63,804 bases of DNA, filler included, from Olpidium bornovanus S191 (GCA_017911155.1; 35 parts of 35 records of this genome joined end to end with filler, not necessarily neighbours in it); one strand, 5' to 3'. Shown: positions 21,097-33,792, counted from the whole stretch's first letter. Made by a program: numbers and translations. Notes: generated by a model not told the origin, from the sequence alone.

Positions 21097-22690
21097 CATG
21101 CAAACGCCCGTCTTCCCGCGGCCGCGGAAAAACAGTTTTTGGAAAAGATTCTCGCAAGTTCCCCGTCGGCAGGCGCGGATCAGGCGGGTACCGCCGAGGA
21201 GGCTTCCCGACTGCAACCGAAGGACGGCGGTCTGGGAACAACATTCGTTCACTCTGGACCGGATTTCGTGGACGCCAACAGTGTCCAGCAAGTCAGAGAA
21301 ACGCTGATGGACCTTTCCGGTGAACTTGCGGTGGACGATGTGGAGCAGCTGCTGACCGGCGAGACAGGGAGCTTGCTTCCGGTCGAATCTGTGTCGGGAG
21401 CCGCGTCTCCCGTGGTCAACGCCGGAAATTATGACGATGATGCCGTGGGCTTCGCGGGGTTGACCGAAGACGACGGTTACACGGCCGAGAATTTTGACGA
21501 CGCGGAAGGAATTCCCGATTTTTGCGACCTCATCCTGGAAGCCAATCTTTCCAATGCTTCGAGAGCGCACAGCGCGATCCGGCCGCTTCCGATGTCATAC
21601 TCTCCGCCGAGGAACAGGTTCCCGGATTCCGACTTCTGGACCGAAGCTGACAGCTCGTCCGACGAGGACCGCCGTTGGACGGTCGCACGATACTTGTACG
21701 AGGAAAAGCTTCAGGTCAAGGAAAAGGAGGCCAAACTGGTAGAACGGTACGAGGAGTTGCACAAGGCGTGGCTGGCGAAGACCCGCATCCTGGACAAGCA
21801 CATAAAAACGCCCCGGGGGAAGAAAACGCCAGGGCTCAGCCTCGATCACCTGCTGAACACGCCAGGCAGCGATGGAGGGGCCGCCTTTGGATCCGGCGCA
21901 GGAGCCGTTGCCGGCGGAGCGCCCCGGGTGGGCGCTCCGCCGGAGGTGCTCGTCGCCAGCGTCACCACCCGTGCGAACCGCCGCTCCGAACGTAATCTTG
22001 TGTCGGGCGACTACGTCTCCTCAGAAGTTGACATGCAACAGATTCTCGACATGCTGAAAGAGCAGGACGTGAGGGATCCGAATATCCGCGCTTCGAAAAC
22101 CTCGGCGAACGTTCCCCCGATGATTTCCAACACTCGCGAGCGCGAGTCGAAGTACGACGACCGGACGCGCCTCGTCGCCGTTCCGTTCGACGTGTATCAC
22201 GTAGGGAGCTCACCCGACGAGTGGAGCGAAGAGGAGAAGCTGCTTTTTATTCGCCAGTATCTGTTGCATCCGAAGCAGTTCGGCAAGATCGCGCGCGAAG
22301 TGAAGACCAAAACCGCCTCGCAATGCGTGCTGTTTTATTACCGCGAGAAAAAGGTCTTTGACTTCAAAAAGCTCCAAAACTCGAAGGACAAGAAGCGCAA
22401 GAGAAGGCCGGCCGCCTCGACCTCTGGCGGCGCGGGCGGGCCCGGCGCGGCCGCCCGTCCCAAGGACACTCAGGATTCCGAGCCGGCGAAAGCGAAGGAG
22501 GGTGAGCCGGATAAGGAAGCTCCTCCGCGGCGCAAAGATCAGGCGGCAGAGGCTAAATCCCGGCAGGCGAAGGACGTTTCGGAACCGCCGGGGTCGAAGC
22601 CGGAACCGCCCGCGCCGTCGCGGCCGAGGAGCTCCCGGATCCGAAACGCGATCGCGGCTGCGGCCGCTTCCACCGCGGCCGCGCCGCATG
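21097..22690 (+). CDS. SANT-domain corepressor, Snt1/N-CoR-like (internal fragment)
   Basis: Open frame across the whole contig; coiled coil, then PPMI...YDDRTRLV and WSEEEKLLFIRQYLLHPKQFGKIAREVKTKTASQCVLFYYREKK. Confidence 0.88.
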
Positions 22691-22791
22691 NNNNNNNNNN
22701 NNNNNNNNNNNNNNNNNNNNNNNNNNNNNNNNNNTTAATTAATTAANNNNNNNNNNNNNNNNNNNNNNNNNNNNNNNNNNNNNNNNNNNNG

Positions 22792-23406
22792 CACCTGGTT
22801 CTCCTCCTTGAGAGCGAGTCGGGGCTGCGGCAATACGAAGCCCTGCTGGCGCTGACGAACTTCACGGTGTCTCCAGACCTTCGCGCGCACGTCCACAAGC
22901 TGGGGGCCATGTCCCTGGTGGAAGATTTGCAGTTCTCGAGCAACGTCATGCTCCGCGGTGCCGCCACCGAGCTAATTTGCAACATGGTCAACTTCGAGCC
23001 ATACGCCCGACAGCTCGCTATGCCGGCATCCGCCAACAGGATCCACCTCCTCCTCGCCCTTGCCGACTGCGAGGACCGCCGCACGGAATTGGCCGCGTCG
23101 GGAGCTCTGGCCGTCCTCTCCGAATTGGCCGACGTGTGCAAGACCATTATCAGCCTTCCGCGGTGCACGGAAATCCTGAGGAATTGCCTTGCCAAAGAAG
23201 CGGGACCTGACCTGCAGCACCGCGCGGCTCAGTGCTTGCTCAATCTCGCGTGCAGCGGCCGAGAGGCCATCGAAAAGCTGAGGGAGGGCGGGGTTGTCGA
23301 AGAATTGAATGCTCTGGTCACGATGTCACCCGGCGTGCTGCCGCCTGTAGCGCTCAAGACTGCCCGCCACGCTCTGCAGCTGCTGAACGACCGTGCACCT
23401 GAATAG
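22792..23406 (+). CDS. UNC45: UCS-domain myosin chaperone C-terminus (UNC-45/She4/CRO1 family; 5'-partial)
   Basis: LRQYEALLALTNF...SSNVMLRGAATELICNMV...RIHLLLALADCEDRRTELAASGALAVLS...DLQHRAAQCLLNL. Confidence 0.9.
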   Translation, partial: HLVLLLESESGLRQYEALLALTNFTVSPDLRAHVHKLGAMSLVEDLQFSSNVMLRGAATELICNMVNFEPYARQLAMPASANRIHLLLALADCEDRRTELAASGALAVLSELADVCKTIISLPRCTEILRNCLAKEAGPDLQHRAAQCLLNLACSGREAIEKLREGGVVEELNALVTMSPGVLPPVALKTARHALQLLNDRAPE

Positions 23407-23764
23407 TAAGCCGGTGTGCCGTTAAGCTTTATTAGATATCATCCCTATGGTTGCTCCTGGCAAGTCAAGGCCAGCCCTTGCGTGTCTACACGTCGTTGCA
23501 ATAATGCCCTCAGGCTTGGATGGCATCTTACCCGGCAATATGCTGGAATGCGAACGAACGCGCCGTTTATGACACCCGTCTCCTAGTCGCTCGAGGTCCC
23601 GCTTTGCATAAGCTATGGCTGATAACGGTGCTGGCGCAGTCTATCAACTCCTGTAGTGGGTGGTACACCGCTAACACGGCTATTGCGTGTTTTTCCTTCG
23701 AAGAGGGCGCCTCCGGCCGGTCTTACGTGACAATTGCGTTGATCTAATGCCGTTGTACCAGACT

Positions 23765-23860
23765 TGACGACGGATTTGATGCCGGATTTTGACGCCGGAT
23801 TTTGACGCCGGATTTTGACGCCGGATTTTGACGCCGGATTTTGACGCCGGATACGACGCG
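23765..23860 (+). repeat. 13-bp tandem repeat GCCGGATTTTGAC, 5 perfect copies plus degenerate flanks
   Basis: Perfect copies start at 23781, 23794, 23807, 23820 and 23833. Confidence 0.95.
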
Positions 23861-23884
23861 CTTGCAAAGCACGAGTGGGTGAGG

Positions 23885-24145
23885 ACCTGTTCACGGTAAA
23901 TGAGTCAGGTCAACGCTTGCTGTAATCCAGGCGGCATCCGACGCGGAAACTCCAGATTTCGGATACGGTTGGGGAAGCGTGAAAACGGGAATACGTGCGT
24001 GTTCTCATGTAACCTGTTCACGGTAAATGAGTCTAGTCAATGCTCGTGCTGTCATCCAGGCGGGGTCGGACGCGGATACTCAAGGAAGATTTCGGACACG
24101 GTTCGAGAGAAGCTTGAAAACGGGAATGTGTGGTTGTTCTTGGGA
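23885..24145 (+). repeat. Diverged tandem duplication, period about 127 bp, 2 copies
   Basis: ACCTGTTCACGGTAAATGAGTC at 23885 and 24012, with shared ATCCAGGCGG, AGATTTCGGA and TGAAAACGGGAAT blocks. Confidence 0.88.
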
Positions 24146-25879
24146 AACGAAGGTTGGTTTCCAGACCTGCAAGGTGGGCGTTAGGCATGGACACCGCAAA
24201 AGGCAGGAAAGGTTGGCCCCCTCACCCGCTAGCCCAATTCAAAAATCACTGGCAGCTCTTGCTCCCCTGGCCCTCTTGTTTCAATTTTCTCTTCAACGTT
24301 CCCTTCCATGCCCCCTTCAACGCTCCATTCCCACAAAATTCTCAAATAAACTATCCGCGAACTGGACACATTCCACTCGCGGCAGCAGTCATCAAACGAC
24401 CGCAGCACTTAGAACAGCGCTGGATCCCGGACCGAAGATGATATATAAGGGTTCGGCTAAAAAAAGTGTCGATTTGAACCTTGCAGAGGATAACGGTTGT
24501 ATAGTCGACCGTCGGCCCGAACAAAAGTTCGGACAAGGCGAGTCGGTGTGCGGCCGGCCGTTTCGAGCCCCGCTCCCAGCAGCGCGCAGAATTCGGTAAA
24601 CCATTGCTTCTGAATTCGCTGGAGTCAGGGAACTGCTTGTTGGCGCTCGTGTGTCCGTTTATTCGTCAGCGATGGAGGCTAGCACACACGGCGACAACAG
24701 GTTCGCAAGTGGCGAAACCGCGGGAGGACAAAGCTGATATTGGTTCGAACGGCCGGTTTCTATGGGTGTACAGAAATCACTTGGTAAGACCGCGGGCCCG
24801 CTTTGATGGTCTCCGCAGCAGCACCTCTTCGTTCTCCTCGCCACTCTGCTCAGCGTGAAGACCCGACGGTGGTGTGATTGAATTCAGTGACACTGCAGTC
24901 GGTACAACTAGTATCAATTGTAAAAATCTGACCTCGTTTTCTGGATCTTGTTCCACGTCCTAAACGGGAGATGAACCAACTTGTGAGTTAGAAAAAGGCC
25001 ATGANNNNNNNNNNNNNNNNNNNNNNNNNNNNNNNNNNNNNNNNNNNNTTAATTAATTAANNNNNNNNNNNNNNNNNNNNNNNNNNNNNNNNNNNNNNNN
25101 NNNNACGAAGAGGCGTATGCAGACGGGACGAAGGCGAATGACCCACTGAACACGGGTCGGTGGTGGTGGACCAACAGGGACATCGGTCAGTTCCGGCCGG
25201 ACGTGCCGGGGTAGCGCCCAACATGAAGCTCAACATTGCGGGCCGGTCATCAGCTGCCAGAAGACGTTGGACGTCAACAGCAGGCGCAAAAAATCCGCCC
25301 CCTCCACGAAAAGCGCATGCCGCAGGAGGTCCCGGGCGACTCCGACGGCGACAAAATCGCGGATTACGGTTCCCACCATGTGTTAGCACGTAATTAGCTA
25401 TGGCTGCGTTTGTGTCTCGGCTGTTGTTCTTTTTTCCTCTTTCCTTCTTTTTAGTTTCTTTTCTTCTTTGCTCTCTCCTCTTTGCTTATTCATTCTCATA
25501 GTTCGCAACATGTCTCTCGGCTAAGCGGGGAATGTCGCGAGGGGGCGGGTTGTCGGGCAATTTCTTGCCCGGGCGGCCGGGGCGACCAAACAGAGCTTTT
25601 GTCCCCCCCCCTTTTTTTCCATTCAAAAACCCACCGACGACAAACCACACCAAATAATAAACAAACGAAGGAATCCTCGAGCGGGTAGCATATGTTTGGT
25701 CCGAACGCCGTGCGACCGTGACCCTCCAACGACGGAGGGTTGGCGTGCTCCTCGGGTTCGAGAACCTCGGCTGGGCGCCCGTACAATTGAAGGCTCCTTC
25801 GAAGGCCTGCAGAGGGCGCGCGTGCTCAACAGCGGAGAAGTTCCTTGCCGCCCGGCAGCGATAGAGCCTCCGGCTATCC

Positions 25880-26462
25880 TAAACAGCAACTTGCAATCTC
25901 ACGACTCACTTCGGTTACGTTAACAAGGGAAGTGTTTCCTTGCCCGTGACCATTGCCGGTACTTCTTGGTACCAGTGTTTCAACGTTTTGCTCGATAACT
26001 CACCTCCCCTCGTTTTCGGGCTCGATACCCTTTCAACCCGCCGAATTACGCTTGATCCTGGTGGTTTACATCCAATCACCATGACCGTCGGCTCCCACGT
26101 CATTGAAATTCCGTCTGGAGTTGATTTGCATGTCGTCCCTCATGCGCCGCCGTCTCGTTTGTTACGTCTTTTGACTGACCTCACATTTCCACTGATGTGT
26201 GAAGCCGCTGTCGCCGTTTATAACCGGGCTTCGTGTTTGGATCGACACACACGCAGTGTTTTCATTTCCACGCTGCTGATTGCACTTCAACGGTTTGGAA
26301 TCGAAGCCGTGCGAATGCCTTCGCAACTTCTTCCGTTTGGGCATGTGCGCATCGTCGTGGCTAATCGTACTTTGAACCCGATCGTCTTAAAAAAGGGTAC
26401 ACCCGTCGCAATGTTTGAACATCACTTTGCTGATCATTACGAAGTTTACCCATCCGGAATCG
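25880..26462 (+). mobile_element. Ty3/gypsy pol remnant: aspartic protease C-terminal half plus PR-RT linker
   Basis: GSVSLPVTIAGTSWYQCFNVLLDNSPPLVFGLDTL...ITLD and VRIVVANRTLNPIVLKKGTPVA; upstream in-frame stops; DTG active site not seen. Confidence 0.6.
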
Positions 26463-27478
26463 NNNNNNNNNNNNNNNNNNNNNNNNNNNNNNNNNNNNNN
26501 NNNNNNTTAATTAATTAANNNNNNNNNNNNNNNNNNNNNNNNNNNNNNNNNNNNNNNNNNNNCATGGCGCGCGTCGCGCGGCTCGAGGAAGAGATAGACG
26601 CATTGCTGGACGACGACGACTATTGACGGCGGGAATACATTTGACGAGTTTTTGTGCCTGCCTGTTTGTATCGCACTCTTTTTTCGTTTCCAGGGTTGCC
26701 CAAATCGCGACCATTGATGACACTCCGGAGGATCCTGGAAACGCGGAGAACACCTGTCACGCATCTCGGCGAGGTGGAAACGGACACTGAGTCATTGGAT
26801 GATCATTATAACCGCGCGTTTGAAGGGTTTTTGCGAGGCAGTTTTGAGGCGCGTCTGCATTTTTTTTTTGTTTTCGCCAAACGGAAAGGATTATTTGCCT
26901 TGAGAGCCGGGAGGTGGCCACCGGAGCGATGAAACGTTGTGGCCTGCCCAAAACGGCACCTCGGCTGAACGTTATTCGGCGGCAGAACGATCCCTCACCT
27001 CCACCGCACGGCGGCCAAGGGTTGCGCGGGAAGGGAATCTGTCTTATGCGAGAGGGGAAACGCGCTCTCGGTCCCGTAACAAGCGGGCGTTTTGCGGTAC
27101 CTTCCGGCTCAGACAGACGCAAAGCAGAAAAGGGGAAGTTGGGCTGCTGGAAAAACTGTGCCCCGCTCCCCGCTTCCCCCCTAACAGAACCTATTTTCCC
27201 TCAAAAAAAAAAAATAAAACAAAAAAAAGATCCGGACGACTCGGTCAGTCTACCTCACTGCAACAACCCGTTTCAGAAACTCCGGCGGGATTGCCGCGCG
27301 CTGCGTAACGCGAGCGCTGGTCCAAAATGGGCCGGGTGTTTGTTTCGCCGTTTTCTGTCACGCCTTTCTCTGAACGATTGTTCTTTTCCTGTGTAAATCG
27401 GCTGGACGTTCATCACTACGGGAAGCTTTTTTTTTTCTCCCGGAAGAGATCACCTGGAGCAGAAAAGAAAGCGTTTGA

Positions 27479-27480
<2 letters not shown>

Positions 27481-27519
<39 letters not shown>
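27481..27519 (+). repeat. (AG)n microsatellite
   Basis: Uninterrupted AG run of about 19 units. Confidence 0.95.
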
Positions 27520-27522
<3 letters not shown>

Positions 27523-27738
27523 GGCGCCGCCATAGAGAATCAAACAAATTTTTTCTTTGGCCTGCGCGCGCCCCCACACACACCTCGGGGCGTTTTGCTT
27601 TTCCGCGAGCGTTTTCCCGCTTTTTCCCTCGTCCTCTCNNNNNNNNNNNNNNNNNNNNNNNNNNNNNNNNNNNNNNNNNNNNTTAATTAATTAANNNNNN
27701 NNNNNNNNNNNNNNNNNNNNNNNNNNNNNNNNNNNNNN

Positions 27739-28315
27739 GCATGTACACCAGCGACCGACTCACCATAAAATCTCCGAATACCGCGAGCACGCCAAGGTCG
27801 TCCTGCTGCACAGATTCCAGCTTGTCGAAGAGCAAGCTGTATGGGCAGCGCGAATATCCACAGTGTCGTTGCGAACCTACGTTCAGTGTTCGCACCTTAG
27901 GAACCCAAGCGAAAACACGCTCCCCCCCCACCCTTACCTTCTTTCCGTTCTCAAGCGGACAAAGGTGCGTTTTGCCTTGACCAGTTCCACTGTCAGGCGG
28001 TCGTGCTCTTCTTCCAGATTTCGCACACGCCACTTCAGCTCTTTGTACTTTTTCCGAAATTTGGTCTCTGCAGCAGTGGGCTCGACCGGTATCAACAGCG
28101 GCACGCGCAACCCGCAGTCAAATATCGCCTGTAATTACGACAGCATACCCTCTCCGGCCTTCCGCATTTGTTTGTGGACCCGGACGCGCCGGGATTACGA
28201 ACGGCGGTGGCGAAAGGAAGACGGCGGTACTCTTAGCGCGAAACAAAAAAGGTCTCCAGGACAGCCACCGCGCGTCGCCGTGGGCCGAGAAAGCACGTAC
28301 CTTCTTCGCGGACAT
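27739..28315 (-). CDS. INO80-complex subunit-like coiled-coil protein (Iec3/INO80E/Nhp10 N-terminal type), 3'-partial
   Basis: MSAKK|AIFDC...TKFRKKYKELKWRVRNLEEEHDRLTVELVKAKRTFVRLRTERR|...SLLFDKLE; matches the KYxxLKxxV...ERxxLxDxL pattern; GT-AG introns. Confidence 0.6.
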
Positions 28316-28678
28316 CCCGGGCGGTTGCCGAGCTCCCTGGCGAAGTGGGTGGGCAGAAGTGGGCGAAACAGGGTGTGACCGATGTGCGGCGCGGCGTGCG
28401 GCCGACGGCAGTGCTTCCGGCGGTGCGGGGCGAGGACGGATCGACGTCCGGAGGGGAAGGCCGGGGCAGGGCTGCTGCGGCTGCTGCCGCTGCTATCTGG
28501 GCGCGCCGCTGCCAACTGCGGGAGAGCGGGCAAGACGGGCCGTTGTCGGTGGCTCGCGGGTTCCTTCGGACCGGCCTCCGAGCCGCCACGCGGGGGAAGG
28601 GGGGCGGCGGAGCGCCCGCAGGCAGCCCCAGCCTTTGGCCCCCCGCGCCACCACCACCTTGCACACCCCACCTAACCC

Positions 28679-28739
<61 letters not shown>

Positions 28740-28902
28740 ACCCCCCCCCCCCCACACACCCCCCCCACNNNNNNNNNNNNNNNNNNNNNNNNNNNNNNNN
28801 NNNNNNNNNNNNTTAATTAATTAANNNNNNNNNNNNNNNNNNNNNNNNNNNNNNNNNNNNNNNNNNNNCCCGCTCGGCAGATCGCAGCCGCCCCCTCGCG
28901 AC

Positions 28903-30509
28903 ATGCCTCCGCCGTACTCGCCTTGGGCGCTGGGGAGGCGTGGCCCACGCGCCGCCGTGTCGGCGCCGAGACCTCCCGGAAGTCTGCGCCCGAACGCCGC
29001 CGCGCGAAGCGCGCCTGAACCGCTGGCGCTGTTCACGCTGCCGTCCGCGCGGTGCATGCACAAGCCGGCCGCGCCGCCGTCTCAGCCTCGTTTCGCTGCA
29101 GCACGGACAGCTGCGGCTCTCTTGTCTCGCGCTTTGGGCGCGGTTCGAAAGCCTGCGCGGCCGCTGGGTGTCTCAAATAGCGCCCGTGGGGCGGCGCTTG
29201 CGACAAAGGCGACCCTGCCGGCGGACGGCTCGTTTTTGCAGCCCGATGCGAACAACGCCCGCGACCGGAACGCTGCAGCTTCCGGCGCGGAAGTGGCCTT
29301 GGAGAAGCCAGCGTCTGCTAATAGCGGGAGCGGGCCGGCGATCCTTGCAGCAGCGGTTCCGCCGGCGGAGAGACGGCTTTCGCAACGCGGTGCGCTGAGG
29401 TTGACTGACCGAAACGCTGCAGCTTCCGATTGGGAGGTCCCCTCGGAAAAGCCGGCACCTGCGGGAATCATAAATGTGCCGAAGAGACAGCTTTTGGAAG
29501 CCGATGTGCAGAGGTTGCCTGACTGGAACGTTGCGACTTTCGGCGGGGAGGTCGCCTTGGAAGAGCCGGCGTCTGCCTCACCAGACAGCACGGCGAGAGT
29601 CACGAAATTGCCCAACGGGCTGCGGGTCGCAACCGAGAACACGCCGGGGCACTTCGCTGCGCTGGGGATCTACCTCGATGCCGGTTCTCGGTACGAGACG
29701 GGCGGAACGAGGGGTTGCAGCCACTTGGTGGGCAGGCTTGCGTTCAAGGTTCGTTTAAACTTGCGCATGTTCATCCACCAAAGTTTTTCTTTTACGGCCG
29801 ATTTCGGTTGCAGCCCATGTCGCGCGTGGGGGGAGAGAAGTAACGGCGCTTTTGCACAGGGAACTGCAAGGCGTACCGAAAAGGACATCCAAGACGAAGT
29901 TCAGTTGCTTGGTGGCAGCATTGTTTGCAGTTTTTCTAGGGAGTCGATTATGTACCAGGCGGCCGTTATTAAGGACGACGTCCCCCGGGCATTCAACTTG
30001 CTCGCAGATGTCATGCGGAGACTGGAGGTGTCGGAGCGAGACCTGCACGAGCAACGGCAAACGGAAGTTAACGACATAGAGGACATCCGGAAGAAGGCCG
30101 AGTTATTCATCCCGGAAGAAGTTCACATGACCGCCTTTAGTGGCAGCACGCTGGGTCTTCCGTTGTTATGTGACAAGGCACGGCTCGCTTCAGTGCAGCT
30201 GTGCGACATTCAGAGTTACCTGAGGACGTTCTATCGCCCGTCCCGGGTCGTCGTAGCTGCCTGCGGAGTGGACCACGAAATGCTTTTGGAGCTGGCAAAG
30301 CTGGAATTCGGCGACTGGCGCGATCCCCCAGACGGTCCTGCCCCGGAGCCGGCGACCGCTCGCACCGCAGCTGCCCTGACAGCTTTGACCCCGGATCGAC
30401 TGCATCCGGGGGGGGATGCCGAAGCCGTGTTTGCGCAGCTGTTGGTAAATGCGCCGAACCGGAAGTCTGACGACGTGACGCTGAGCAGGCGTTTACCGGC
30501 CTACATGGC
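28903..30509 (+). CDS. MAS2: Mitochondrial processing peptidase alpha subunit (M16), with long N-terminal extension; includes at least one in-frame intron near 29748-29860; 3'-partial
   Basis: ARVTKLPNGLRVATENTPGHFAALGIYLDAGSRYE...SHLVGRLAFK...LGGSIVCSFSRESIMYQA...ELFIPEEVHMTAFSGSTLGLPLLC; lacks HxxEH, as expected for the alpha subunit. Confidence 0.9.
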
Positions 30510-30899
30510 NNNNNNNNNNNNNNNNNNNNNNNNNNNNNNNNNNNNNNNNNNNNTTAATTAATTAANNNNNNNNNNNNNNNNNNNNNNNNNNNNNNNNNNN
30601 NNNNNNNNNCATGCAGATGCAGCTCGAACCCCGCCTACTTGAAAATTTCGGCGCCTTAAAACGCCGATGGCACGGACTTGGAGGCTGCGAACAGGGGGTA
30701 TCTCCCTCGCGTGCCACCTCCGGAAGATGTTTGAGGCCTCCCTTTTTCGGCACCTCGAGCTAAGCGCGAGCCCGAGACGCCGGGCACAGCGCGGCTTTCG
30801 GTTACACCGATCGATGTGGGGCTCCATCTGACCCTGCACCGGTCGCTCGGAAACGACAGCAATACCGTGGCGGAAGCCGGAGGCAAGTTACGACGGCAC

Positions 30900-31560
30900 C
30901 CTAGACAACCGACACGCATCGTCTGGCCTTTGCATCTCATGTGGGGTTTCCGCAAGGGCCATCCATGTTGCCGGTGTTGCACACTTGCTTCATCGACGAC
31001 CTCCCGGACGCCCTGCGGCTCTTCCCGGGCGCCAGGTGCTGGATGTACGCTGATGACGTTGCGATCAAGCAGGCACGGGCAAACGGTCAGGATTTTCAAC
31101 AGTGCTGCGACCGACTGGACCGGTAAGCTGCCGACCGCGAATTCGCCATCGGGCCGGCAAAATCCGAGCAACTCGGCGGGCCCGCTTGTCACGCTGGCTG
31201 GCGGCCGGCCCTCAGTGCAGCCCTCCGTCTCCTATTCGGCCACGCACTTTCTCCGTCGGTGGGATCCACGAGAGGGAGATTCACTCTCGCGCAAACGTGG
31301 CAGCCCGGCTGGCAAAATCCTTCCTCGCCGCCCGGGACTGCTTTCGCTGGGCTTGCTCTCGGTAGCTTTTTCTGCCGGGGAGAGATCACAGCTGGTCAAA
31401 ACCTTTGTCCATCCCCGAGTGGACTTTGCAGCCCCTGTCCGTTGTCCGCCGCAATGGCTCTGCTCGCGCGCGGCGCTCTTCCAACTTGCTATCCGGCAGC
31501 CGTCGCGGACATGCGCCGGACGGGTAAACTTTCGGCAGCAACAGCGATTCAGATTCCCTC
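30900..31560 (+). pseudogene. Degenerate non-LTR (LINE) reverse transcriptase
   Basis: GFPQGPSMLPVLHTCFIDDLP...MYADD and, in another frame, QLVKTFVHPRVDFAAPV; frameshifted. Confidence 0.85.
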
Positions 31561-32519
31561 GGTAGTGGGCGCCGTGGGCAGATAACACGCAGATTACGCG
31601 TGCAGGCGTAGTGGGAAACCCAGACTTCATATCCCGCGGTGGGGCCCCAATTTGCCGCTCAGGAGATTGGGCGTAGCAGAGGGCGACCTCCTAAGGTACC
31701 CGCGACTCGGGGACCCTAAGGGGCAATGGAGTTGACAGCCGGTAAACCCCAGAGAAGCCGACTTATGGTGACAGGCCCAGGATGCTGGCGTTCAAGCGCG
31801 ACGGGGCCTTTGTGCTGGGAGTTCCAAACACTACGGGACGAGGACCAGGCGCGTGGGGTCGCAAGGAGGCTAAGATATAGCATACAATGGATCAAATAGG
31901 ACCCCTTAAAAAAGCAAATGCATAATCCGTATGTCAGACCTGTATCTACATGGCGCTCGCGAGAGCGGGGAGCGGGTTTGTTTTGGTGTGTTTGGTCTGG
32001 TGAGGGTGAAGCGTGAATGCACCTGTGAGCGCGCCCCCTGGTGGGGCTTTCTCCCCCCCAGGGGAGCCGCCCAGCCCACCGGTGAAGGTCACATCGAAGA
32101 GCAGGTCGGAAGTCAGAGAACGCATCAGCGAGCGCATCTGCTTTGGCAACTCGACCGGAAAGCGCTGAGGCACCAAGGCTTGGAACATGTCGTACCGCGG
32201 AAGGGTTGCAACGCCGTCCCGGACCGCCTGTCGTGTAATGTGCGCTCAAACGCTGATGCGTTTTGCGTGCCTCGAACCTAATCGCCCCGGAGCGGAGGAC
32301 ATGGAAACAAAAGCAGACCAGCGCACACTCTGTATATCCCTGCGGAGTAAGGTCCAATCGCTGTCGCAAGACATCGAGAATATCCTGAGGTATGAGGTGA
32401 TTCTCACCCCTTTTTCCCCNNNNNNNNNNNNNNNNNNNNNNNNNNNNNNNNNNNNNNNNNNNNTTAATTAATTAANNNNNNNNNNNNNNNNNNNNNNNNN
32501 NNNNNNNNNNNNNNNNNNN

Positions 32520-33792
32520 CAGGTACCGGTCCAATGAGGGATCGCAAGGATCCTTCTTTTCAAGATAGTCTGATAGGCGCCTCGCACATACTGGAGGAGC
32601 AGGAACTATGTCGTGTAAGGGCTCCAGCGTTGTGCATGGTCCTGATCCTTTCTGGACTGACGGATGTTGAACGAAAGAAAGCGAGTTTCGCTTAGCCTGT
32701 CGGGAAGGGTATGTGTAGGGTAAGTCCTTGCGGCGGCGTGTCCGTGTGTTTTGTCCGCATGGCAGATAGAAGCGAAACACACAAGCAAGTAATACCGAAG
32801 TCGAGAATTGGGTATTCCAAATTGCACTGGAGAAAGAAGAAATTCGTGTGTCTCGTAATCCATGCTCCGTAATCGCCTCATCAGCATGCAGTGGGTGTCT
32901 GATTCCTGAGAAACACAGCCGGTGACGCCGTCGCCATCAGCCAATGCCGAATTTGACTGCGGCTCCGCATCCCAATTCTTCTTACCTCGAATCCTTTTAC
33001 GTTTTCTAAGAAAATGTACCGAGGCGGAACCTTCATCTGCGGGAGCAGGACCTCCAGCAAATATATGAGTGACTTTGATCGAGGATCGGACGACTCCTTC
33101 CTCTTTCCCTGTCTACTGTACTGCGAGCGGGAGAGCGTCATTAGTGGACCGCTATGTGCAAACAAGCAGTATCTGACGCCAGAAGCCCGCACCTGGCAGG
33201 TGCAGAAGGGCTTACCGGCTGGCACGGAGGCGACATCACAAACATGTCGGCGCAGAAGCCGTCGCAAGCCGCAGGTGTGACGGATTCGATGTTCCGCTGC
33301 CATAACCAGGGTTTCCGCAGCAGGCTCCGGTCAGAAACTGCGGCCGACAGGTAACGGTGGTGCCCGGTTTCGCGCAACGGAAAATCCTGCGCCGACCTGG
33401 AACAAAACGCCCTCGCGGCCGAAATTGTGCTCGTAGATCTGCTGGAAACCACGCGAAATCCGCGACGACCGCACTTGAGACCGGGCGCTGGCCGCCATCC
33501 CCTGGTTTTTACAAAACGGCAAGCGCGGACGCCTCACGTTTGCTCTCTCGCTGATTTCAAAAGCGGCCGCGACGACGAAGTCCTTCACATCCGACCGCTC
33601 GAGAGCGTAGCGCTGACATGTTTGCGAAAGCCCCAGGGCGGCACATCAGAAACTTCCCCGCGCCCGTTTTCCGTTGGCTGACAGGCGGGCGCTCGCCCCC
33701 CGCGCGCGCCGTACCATCCCGCCGATGCCGCTGTAGAACTCCACAACCCGCAGGCGACCGGCGGCGTCCCGGCCCCTGCTGCCGGGCTCCAT
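32520..33792 (-). CDS. DNMT2: DNMT2/Pmt1/TRDMT1 tRNA cytosine-5 methyltransferase, multi-exon, 3'-partial
   Basis: LRVVEFYSGIGGM (motif I), IYEHNF, MSPPCQP (IV), YSRQGKRKESSDPRSKS, YIFLENVKGFE (VI), EFLLSPVQFGIPNSRLRYYL (VIII). Confidence 0.93.

Noticed and set aside
28670-28686. CCTAACCCTAACCC as a telomere next to a contig end (also CCCTAACCTAAC near 20732)
   Set aside because: Only two units embedded in poly-C; not an array.
31560-31930. Possible group I intron or ribozyme downstream of the LINE (AAGATATAG resembles the S element)
   Set aside because: No convincing P, Q or R elements or pairings found by eye; an Infernal/Rfam scan would settle it.
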